A DNA stretch of 55,032 bases from a virus. Taxonomy: Duplodnaviria; Caudoviricetes. Position numbers and translations under genes: made by a program. Of the stretch, positions 38,309 through 44,897 are shown one piece after another. A model generated the notes under the pieces. It saw nothing but the letters and a program-made list of their open reading frames with translations, was not told where the DNA came from and searched no databases. Location: positions 1 to 55,032 of IMG/VR virus record IMGVR_UViG_3300045020_000011; one strand, given 5' to 3'. Position 1 is the stretch's first letter, and the number at the start of each line of letters is the position of its first letter.

Positions 38309-38364
38309 AAAACCGCTAGACATAGCACCGGGGTGTGCTGAGGGCGTCTAGCGGGGAACGACCG

Positions 38365-38478
38365 TTAACACCAAGGAATGTCTTTAAAGGGCACCCATAG
38401 CCCACTAACGACCTTGGGATATATACCCGCTATCTTGTATATACGGATTTGCCAAAATCCGCGCTTTTGAATCCACAT
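38365..38478 (-). CDS. Small Trp-rich early protein (37 aa)
   Basis: MWIQKRGFWQIRIYKIAGIYPKVVSGLWVPFKDIPWC. Confidence 0.45.
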   Translation of the reverse strand: MWIQKRGFWQIRIYKIAGIYPKVVSGLWVPFKDIPWC

Positions 38479-38482
38479 GGTA

Positions 38483-38704
38483 TTAGACAACGTGGATTGT
38501 ATTCGTTTCTGGATCATAATAGCTCTTTTGCGTTATTACAGGTTTAGCCCAAAGAGATTGACGATTCAACCACCAAATACTATTGGCTTTGTCTTCATCA
38601 TACATTTGATTAACGGCAATCTCCGTTTTAAGGATATTATCGTTAATCTCCCTGTTGGCTTGCAAGTGCAAAACCATTACCGTTCCAAACAGTACGGATA
38701 ACAT
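38483..38704 (-). CDS. Early hypothetical protein, hydrophobic N-terminus
   Basis: AAGGAG RBS. Confidence 0.65.
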   Translation of the reverse strand: MLSVLFGTVMVLHLQANREINDNILKTEIAVNQMYDEDKANSIWWLNRQSLWAKPVITQKSYYDPETNTIHVV

Positions 38705-38765
38705 TTTGTTTCTCCTTGTTTAGAACAGGAAACCCGGCAATGATCCGCCGGGCTACAACTAAGGA

Positions 38766-38951
38766 TTAAGGCAGAATTATAATACCTTGTTTCTTGAATT
38801 CTACCATAATTTCTCGCCTATCCACTACAGTAAGTTTCGACAACTCCAACATGAAACCTACTGTAGTTTGCCCTGGCTGGAACCCAAAGTATTCCATTGC
38901 CGCGTCCGGAAAGGAGAGATACACCTTTTGTTGCTTTTCCTGTAGTACCAT
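38766..38951 (-). CDS. Early small protein, paralog B
   Basis: GAGG RBS; similar to 39095-39268. Confidence 0.75.
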   Translation of the reverse strand: MVLQEKQQKVYLSFPDAAMEYFGFQPGQTTVGFMLELSKLTVVDRREIMVEFKKQGIIILP

Positions 38952-38987
38952 TCGTTCAAAACCTCGTTTAAGTTACCGACTACTTAT

Positions 38988-39070
38988 GGACTCGTCAGCG
39001 CACGCCTTACGTGCGGACCCCGCTCATTTAACTGACCTATGCTTACCCATAGGTTAGCGGGGTTTCGTCC
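38988..39070 (-). ncRNA. Hammerhead ribozyme (type II)
   Basis: GGAC-GAAA-CCCCGCU...AGCGGGG-UC-CGCACG-UAAGG-CGUGCG-CUGACGA-GUCC: complete conserved core and three stems. Confidence 0.9.
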
Positions 39071-39094
39071 TGTCCACCCGAGACCAGGACAAAT

Positions 39095-39268
39095 CTAACC
39101 AGTTATGACGATGCCGTGTTCTTTCATTCCTTTGGCGATTTCTTCCTTGTCCGCAGGGGAAAGTTCACGAATCTCTGCCATGAAATCCGTTAGCCCTTGT
39201 CCTTCTTTGAATCCGAAGTAGGCACGGCATGCCGCAGGGAATGAGCGAAACGATTGATTGTCCATCAT
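39095..39268 (-). CDS. Early small protein, paralog A (57 aa, below the track cutoff)
   Basis: MMDNQSFRSFPAACRAYFGFKEGQGLTDFMAEIRELSPADKEEIAKGMKEHGIVITG; GGAG RBS. Confidence 0.75.
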   Translation of the reverse strand: MMDNQSFRSFPAACRAYFGFKEGQGLTDFMAEIRELSPADKEEIAKGMKEHGIVITG

Positions 39269-39274
39269 AACTCC

Positions 39275-39296
39275 AAAGTAACAAGGTTAGTATTTT
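39275..39296. repeat. 22-bp imperfect palindrome (dispersed motif)
   Basis: AAAGTAACAA-GG-TTAGTATTTT. Confidence 0.7.
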
Positions 39297-39342
39297 GCTT
39301 TCAACTGCATTACACTGATTATCATACAACAAAAACAGACAC

Positions 39343-39377
39343 AAAAAAAGAGCCCCGCCCAATTAAGGGCAGGACTC
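39343..39377 (-). terminator. Intrinsic terminator
   Basis: GAGTCCTGCCC-TTAATT-GGGCGGGGCTC-T7. Confidence 0.85.
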
Positions 39378-39432
39378 ACGAAAGACTAAGGACACATGGC
39401 GGTTGCAGTCCTTAGTCTGGGGTACTACAGGG

Positions 39433-40341
39433 TTAATGGTGCGCTTCTTCGCGTTGCTCTGCGGTTACGGCGTTTGCCTCTGCGTCACGTAATGCCACTT
39501 CCCGCGCTTCGTCGAGCACGCCGTTTGCCGGTTCGCCTTGTTCGCCTTGGTCGTCATCATCCACCGCTTCAATGGGCAGATGTTCATCGATCCACTCGCC
39601 CAAAGCACGATAGATACGGATCAAACGCGGGCCGTCGTGTTTCGATACGAGCAATTCGACGATTGCCTTTACTGCTGCCGCTTCGTTCTCTTCACGCGCT
39701 TCCTGCACTGCCTGATTGGACAGTTCAAGAATACGTGCCAGATACGCTCCGTCGGACTCGCCCACGCCTTGCGGGTTCTCGCTCATAACTTGCGCCCGCA
39801 CGCCCGTGATCGCCTTTTGCGAGCGGGCAATCGCCTTACGCTCTTTCTCTTCGGGGGTTGCCACTTGCGCGCCGTGCCACTTAATATGTTTCGCGTCAAG
39901 AGCACGCTTAGCCAACACTTGCATTGCATTGTAGCCCGTCCGATCGTCATACCCAAGCGACTCCAACTCTTTGCGGGCGAACTTCAACGCCCCCCATGAG
40001 TTTTGAATGATGGTACGAACGTTCATTGCCTGCTGCGTCTTAGGGCCACGATAGACTTTTTCCTTACCGTCTACCGTAACCTTGTCCGGGCAACCGGCAG
40101 CCTTGTCCACTTCCTTAGCGCGTTCGATCATCTTTTCACACGCGCCGTTGATCTGGAATGCATCGGCCCCCTTGTCAACCAGGGCACGAATCGACTGCAT
40201 ACGCGTTATCTGCGTTTCGTCCGATTGCACGAAGTTTTCGTACAACCATTGACCGGTAACGAGTAGTTGCTTGGTCGGCTCTTGCTTGCCTACCGGTTCC
40301 ATCTTGCCGTCAACTACTGCGCTTGTCGCTGTGTCACTCAT
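39433..40341 (-). CDS. Early hypothetical protein (helical, acidic C-terminus)
   Basis: Long ORF with its own terminator; AAGGGG RBS before ATG 40341. Confidence 0.8.
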   Translation of the reverse strand: MSDTATSAVVDGKMEPVGKQEPTKQLLVTGQWLYENFVQSDETQITRMQSIRALVDKGADAFQINGACEKMIERAKEVDKAAGCPDKVTVDGKEKVYRGPKTQQAMNVRTIIQNSWGALKFARKELESLGYDDRTGYNAMQVLAKRALDAKHIKWHGAQVATPEEKERKAIARSQKAITGVRAQVMSENPQGVGESDGAYLARILELSNQAVQEAREENEAAAVKAIVELLVSKHDGPRLIRIYRALGEWIDEHLPIEAVDDDDQGEQGEPANGVLDEAREVALRDAEANAVTAEQREEAHH

Positions 40342-40431
40342 GATATACCCCTTGGATTGTTCAAGGAACCCGAGCACATTGCCCGTAAGAACCATTATAT
40401 ACACCCCGCAAGAGAATACAAGAACTATTTG

Positions 40432-40460
40432 AAAGTACCAACCTTGTTACCTTGGTCTGA
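40432..40460. repeat. 22-bp imperfect palindrome plus shared flank
   Basis: AAAGTACCAA-CC-TTGTTACCTT; 26 of 29 positions identical to 41801-41829. Confidence 0.8.
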
Positions 40461-40649
40461 CGAAACCTCCTGCACTCAGTTGCACGCCTGGAGGTCGAAA
40501 CGCACTAGCGTGCTCATAGTCAGACGAATTACGCTCACCTGCTAACCATAATTCTATACTACCTATTCTAGCTTGCTAATACTCGTTTTAAATCGATCGA
40601 TCCAGGTGATAGCCTACCCCTTCGAACACGGATTTCCTACTACAATTCA

Positions 40650-40658
40650 ATTATAGCA
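40650..40658 (-). promoter_or_regulatory. Extended -10 promoter element TGCTATAAT
   Basis: Perfect TGnTATAAT in an AT-rich intergenic region downstream of a terminator. Confidence 0.55.
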
Positions 40659-40724
40659 CATTATATTAGGGCCATACCAACTGTTACATTTCCCATTTAA
40701 GCACTTACTTAATTCATTAGACGT

Positions 40725-40747
40725 AAAAAAAGCCGCTCTAGGCGGCT
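40725..40747 (-). terminator. Intrinsic terminator
   Basis: AGCCGC-CTAGA-GCGGCT-T6 after the stop at 40753. Confidence 0.85.
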
Positions 40748-40752
40748 AGTGG

Positions 40753-41007
40753 TTACGGTATGAACCTCAGTACCGGGTTATCCGGTTGCACGCTCTCACA
40801 CTGTTCGTATTGCTTGGACGACAGGTAAGAACCTCCATCGAAGTCGAGAGCCGCACCCAGTGCCCGCATAAATAGCGGGCCGTCTACCGTCTTTGATTCT
40901 TGTTCTCCAGACTGGCAGTCAGTCACAGTGTAGTCCGCTTGATTGTCCTTCGTGATTTGAAATTGTATGTTCAAATCTTCGAGAATGATTGATCCAACGA
41001 TTGCCAT
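40753..41007 (-). CDS. Early hypothetical protein
   Basis: GGAG RBS. Confidence 0.7.
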   Translation of the reverse strand: MAIVGSIILEDLNIQFQITKDNQADYTVTDCQSGEQESKTVDGPLFMRALGAALDFDGGSYLSSKQYEQCESVQPDNPVLRFIP

Positions 41008-41046
41008 GACAATTCTCCAGATGAATAAGGGAAATCCCCTAGTCCG

Positions 41047-41235
41047 TTAGCACCAAGGGTTTTGATCGGGGCCAACCTGACCATGCGCGCCGTTGCGATG
41101 CATAGCCCGGTCCTCTGCCATATCTAGCTGACCTGCCGCCATTGCTACCAACAGACCTAGCACGCTACAGCCGACCGTCAGCACGCCAACAGCAATCAAC
41201 AGCACAATGGTTACGGTATTCATCATACACCTCAT
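41047..41235 (-). CDS. Early single-TM membrane protein
   Basis: Long hydrophobic helix. Confidence 0.65.
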   Translation of the reverse strand: MRCMMNTVTIVLLIAVGVLTVGCSVLGLLVAMAAGQLDMAEDRAMHRNGAHGQVGPDQNPWC

Positions 41236-41396
41236 TGGAGGGTTATTGATGCAAGGGGAACCGTCCGACGATACACATTGCGATTCAGCCAGGGGACGTA
41301 TGTGTATTCATCATACGCGTTACTGCCAATGAACAACCAAGTGCAGAGAACATTCCTCCGACCAATGGTTGCGGTATCCAAACGATCATAGAGCAT
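41232..41396 (-). CDS. Early hypothetical protein
   Basis: AGGTG RBS before ATG 41396. Confidence 0.5.
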   Translation of the reverse strand: MLYDRLDTATIGRRNVLCTWLFIGSNAYDEYTYVPWLNRNVYRRTVPLASITLQ

Positions 41397-41496
41397 GATA
41401 CACCTGTATGAGTGATACAACAATACGAAGAATGAACAGAATGCCAGCAACGGCTACAGCACTGGCAAACAACAGATCAAAGAGAACGTCTTTCAT
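41386..41496 (-). CDS. Early small membrane peptide
   Basis: MKDVLFDLLFASAVAVAGILFILRIVVSLIQVYHAL. Confidence 0.55.
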   Translation of the reverse strand: MKDVLFDLLFASAVAVAGILFILRIVVSLIQVYHAL

Positions 41497-41500
41497 GTGA

Positions 41501-41707
41501 TTATTCCCCTTCCCAGTTGAAAGGACCAGCATAAACGGTCGTGACTGAACCATCATCGGATTCAGCATAGACGGTTAGCAGCGAACCCTCAGGGACACGT
41601 GCATCAAGGTTGTCAGCCGCATCGATAATCGCTTGCACCTTTGTATCACCATAACCATAGGTGACGTTAGCGAACTCCCGAAGTGTCAGCTTAGCAACGT
41701 ATCTCAT
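41501..41707 (-). CDS. First early gene, hypothetical
   Basis: AAGGGG RBS before ATG 41707. Confidence 0.65.
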   Translation of the reverse strand: MRYVAKLTLREFANVTYGYGDTKVQAIIDAADNLDARVPEGSLLTVYAESDDGSVTTVYAGPFNWEGE

Positions 41708-41800
41708 GATGTTTCCCCTTGTTAGACGGTTTATCCCGTCCATCTAGTCTAGGTGAAGAATCGACACTTGTTATTAGTGAAAACACCTACTTGTGCAGGT

Positions 41801-41829
41801 AAAGTACCAAGCTTGTTACCCTAGTCTGA
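41801..41829. repeat. 22-bp imperfect palindrome plus shared flank
   Basis: AAAGTACCAA-GC-TTGTTACCCT. Confidence 0.8.
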
Positions 41830-42052
41830 TCATTGCTAGTCTGTTGATTAGGTAACGATATATCATTATGGCTTAGAACCACATATCAAATGACCATCAT
41901 ATCATCACATCTTCACTCAATTTTTAAAACAGACCTATGTTTACGATGGGGGCAGGGGGGAAAAAGCAACGCAACGAAAAGCTCGAAACCCTCTAAACTA
42001 CGATTTTATGTACTTTTAGAAGGGTAGGGGGTATAAGTATGATGATATGAGT

Positions 42053-42074
42053 AGAGTAACTAGATTAGTACTCT
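42053..42074. repeat. 22-bp imperfect palindrome (dispersed motif)
   Basis: AGAGTAACTA-GA-TTAGTACTCT. Confidence 0.65.
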
Positions 42075-42232
42075 GAAGAGGAGCTCGGCATGATGAAGCC
42101 ATACCTCGCAGGGCCTGTAGGCCCAGCATACAGCTATCTTCTTTAGACTACATAAAAGACATGGAACAGAAAGAAGAAACAGAAGTACATACAATTTAAA
42201 ATATGTCTTCTGTAAAGAAGAAAGAACTATAT

Positions 42233-42261
42233 ATCTTATGCTATCTTAATCACTTTGTCAA
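42233..42261 (-). promoter_or_regulatory. Leftward sigma70 promoter TTGACA-17-TAAGAT
   Basis: Minus strand TTGACA aagtgattaagatagca TAAGAT. Confidence 0.8.
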
Positions 42262-42310
42262 GTACTTTGTTGTAGTTTTGGTACAACAGAGGTAGAACAG
42301 CAAATATTAC

Positions 42311-42339
42311 TTGACAAGTCCATTAAGAGTGTATAAGAT
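42311..42339 (+). promoter_or_regulatory. Rightward (late arm) sigma70 promoter TTGACA-17-TAAGAT
   Basis: TTGACA agtccattaagagtgta TAAGAT. Confidence 0.8.
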
Positions 42340-42402
42340 AGAAGGTCTGTTGTGAAAGTTGTTGACAGTTAACATCTTTTGTGGTAGTGGTTTACCACCG
42401 TG

Positions 42403-42417
42403 AAGGAGGTGATCCAA
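42403..42417 (+). promoter_or_regulatory. 15-nt perfect complement of the 16S rRNA 3' end in the late leader
   Basis: AAGGAGGTGATCCAA is the reverse complement of UUGGAUCACCUCCUU. Confidence 0.75.
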
Positions 42418-42506
42418 TATCTCCTACTGAGGCCGGTAGGTTACCAATGGCTATCGTCGTGCTGGGAGACGTTAAACCGCCCGGCGCTAACATTTCAAGG
42501 AAATAA

Positions 42507-43145
42507 ATGCTCTCTGACAACCCCAGAATGAAGTATAAACCAACGGGTCGTAGGCGAGCAGTCACTAAGTCGAAGGGGCACTGGTCAGACAGTCAAAAAG
42601 TTGAAGCAGTTCAGACTTATCTGATCCTAGGTTCTCTGAAACTGACTGCTGGTGCCCTTCGTATCCCGTTTGATACCCTCAAGGTCTGGAAACAAAGTGA
42701 ATGGTGGAAGACTCTTGTTGAGGAACTTCGCCTTCAAGAAGACCTACAACTCAGTAACCGTCTAAAAAAGATCATCACCAAGTCATATGACGTGCTTGAA
42801 GATCGTCTCGAGAACGGTGATTTTGTCTTCGACCAGAAAACGGGCGAAATGCGACGTAAACCGGTTGCAATGCGGGACGCACACAAGGTAGCAATCGATC
42901 TTGTGCAGCAGCGCCAAGACCTTGTAGATCGCCATTTAGGGGGTCAAACGGTCACGGAAGACAAAATTGAGAAAACACTTGCAAATCTGGCTGAACAATT
43001 CGCCAAAATTGCTAACCAAGTCACAAATGTCAAGCCTTCAGTAGAGGTTACTGACGTACTCTTCGGAGCAGATGCTCATTCCGAGCGCTCTGATGAGCTT
43101 TTATTTGGCCGAGAGGACGAAAACCATGCCGAGAAAGAATCCTGA
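42507..43145 (+). CDS. Terminase small subunit (HTH)
   Basis: Position; WSDSQK...HTH...WKQSEWW; RLENGD. Confidence 0.7.
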   Translation: MLSDNPRMKYKPTGRRRAVTKSKGHWSDSQKVEAVQTYLILGSLKLTAGALRIPFDTLKVWKQSEWWKTLVEELRLQEDLQLSNRLKKIITKSYDVLEDRLENGDFVFDQKTGEMRRKPVAMRDAHKVAIDLVQQRQDLVDRHLGGQTVTEDKIEKTLANLAEQFAKIANQVTNVKPSVEVTDVLFGADAHSERSDELLFGREDENHAEKES

Positions 43146-43383
43146 TGGGACTAGAGACTACAGTTACGACAAGAAATACGAATCCAGCCCTAAACAACGT
43201 GCAGCCCGAGTCGAACGTGATCTCGCTAGACGAGAACTGTCGAAAGAAGGCAAGGTTTCTAAGGGCGATGGCAAGGATGTTGACCATATCAAGCCGGTAT
43301 CTAAGGGTGGTACTAACAAGCGAACCAATCTTCGAGCTATCTCCGCAAGTGCTAATCGCGCGAAGGGAAATCGCAGCAAATGA
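43126..43383 (+). CDS. HNH endonuclease (packaging-associated)
   Basis: GDGKDVDHIKPVSKGGTN...NLR...ANR. Confidence 0.85.
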   Translation: MPRKNPDGTRDYSYDKKYESSPKQRAARVERDLARRELSKEGKVSKGDGKDVDHIKPVSKGGTNKRTNLRAISASANRAKGNRSK

Positions 43384-44897
43384 AGATCAATGCGGAAGTG
43401 GTAGCAGGCTTTGTAGGAAGCATCCTTGCTCCGACATTTGAAGATAGCTGTGCTTCCCCCGACTTTCACAAGGAAATGTGGCAACTATGCTGCTCAACCA
43501 ACAAATTTGTTGCGATAGCTGCGCCTCGGGGTCATGCCAAGTCCACTGCGGTGACTCTTGGTTACGGTCTGGCTACGCTACTCTTCCGGGAACGGAAATT
43601 TATGTTGCTGGTATCAGATACGGAAGCGCAAGCATCACTGTTTCTGGGCAACATCAAGAATGCACTACAAGAGAACACCCAACTGATCGAACTGTTCGGC
43701 CTGAAGAAGAATGATAAGGGCCTAGTCCAGTTCGTAAAAGACAGTGAAACCGATATCGTCGTGGAATTCAATGATGGTCATCGATTCCGGATCATAGCTA
43801 AGGGTTCTGAACAGAAACTTCGTGGATTACTCTGGAATAACTCCCGTCCTGACATTATCATCGGTGACGACATGGAGAACGATGAACTGGTGATGAACAA
43901 AGAACGTCGTACCAAGTTCAAGAAGTGGTTCAAGAATGCCCTTCTTCCTTGCCGTTCTGATCATGGTATTGTCCGGATTGTTGGTACGATCCTGCACATG
44001 GATGCGATGCTTGAGAACCTCATGCCCCGTCCATATGACAAGAAGACAGTTACCGAAGACCTAAAACAGTACAGTACTCGCCGTGGTATGTGGACCTCAG
44101 TTAAGTATCGTGCCCATACAGACGATTTTAAGGCCCTTCTGTGGCCTCAGAAGAAGAGTGCTGATGAGTTCAAGATGCTTCGTGATGAAGCCTTCAGAGA
44201 CGGAACACAAGATGGATACAGTCAAGAATACCTTAACATCCCTATTGACGAATCGACCACTTATTTCAGACGGGCGGATTTCCTCCCTGTTCGAGAGGAA
44301 GACCTCAAGAAACCCGTGCGGTACTATGTTACAGCCGATCTGGCTATCAGTGACAAAGAAACGGCTGATTACTCAGTATTTGTCGTTGGTGCTGTCGATG
44401 AAGATAAGAGGATTCAAATACGGAATGTCATACGTGAACGCATGGATGGTCGAGAGATTGTTGACACCATACTTGCGCTCCAGAAGCTTTACGAACCTGA
44501 GTGTATAGGAATTGAAGAAATGCAGGTCTCCAAGGCCATTGGGCCATTCCTTCGGGAAGAAATGATCAAGCATAACAACTATATTTCCCTATACCCATTA
44601 AAGCATGGTGGTAAGGACAAGATAACCAGAGCAAGATCAATTCAAGCACGTATGCGTGCGCAAGGATGTAAATTCGACAAGTCGGGTGATTGGTATCAAC
44701 CCTTCGAGGACGAATTGATGCGGTTCCCACGTGATAAGCATGACGATCAGGTGGACGCATTTAGTTACCTTGGCCTTATGCTTGATGTAGTAGTTGAAGC
44801 TCCAACGAAAGATGAACTTGAAGATGAGGCTTACGCAGAAGAGTATCAAGCCTCTGGTCTGGCCGATAAAGGCCGTAGCGAGATAACGGGGTACTAA
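43380..44897 (+). CDS. terL: Terminase large subunit
   Basis: Walker A APRGHAKST, Walker B IIGDDME, VGTILH, ADLA, HDDQVDA. Confidence 0.95.
   Translation: MKINAEVVAGFVGSILAPTFEDSCASPDFHKEMWQLCCSTNKFVAIAAPRGHAKSTAVTLGYGLATLLFRERKFMLLVSDTEAQASLFLGNIKNALQENTQLIELFGLKKNDKGLVQFVKDSETDIVVEFNDGHRFRIIAKGSEQKLRGLLWNNSRPDIIIGDDMENDELVMNKERRTKFKKWFKNALLPCRSDHGIVRIVGTILHMDAMLENLMPRPYDKKTVTEDLKQYSTRRGMWTSVKYRAHTDDFKALLWPQKKSADEFKMLRDEAFRDGTQDGYSQEYLNIPIDESTTYFRRADFLPVREEDLKKPVRYYVTADLAISDKETADYSVFVVGAVDEDKRIQIRNVIRERMDGREIVDTILALQKLYEPECIGIEEMQVSKAIGPFLREEMIKHNNYISLYPLKHGGKDKITRARSIQARMRAQGCKFDKSGDWYQPFEDELMRFPRDKHDDQVDAFSYLGLMLDVVVEAPTKDELEDEAYAEEYQASGLADKGRSEITGY

Noticed and set aside
38183-42074. CRISPR array or att sites formed by the repeated motif
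   Set aside because: Spacing is irregular, orientations are mixed, and there is no cas gene or recombinase
42072-42125. Third hammerhead (CTGAAGA followed by stems)
   Set aside because: No GAAA or cleavage triplet in the right register
42403-42417. 16S rRNA gene fragment
   Set aside because: Only 15 nt of complementarity, with no flanking rRNA similarity
37970-42500. tRNA genes
   Set aside because: No cloverleaf with a T-loop GTTCRA and acceptor stem was found by eye
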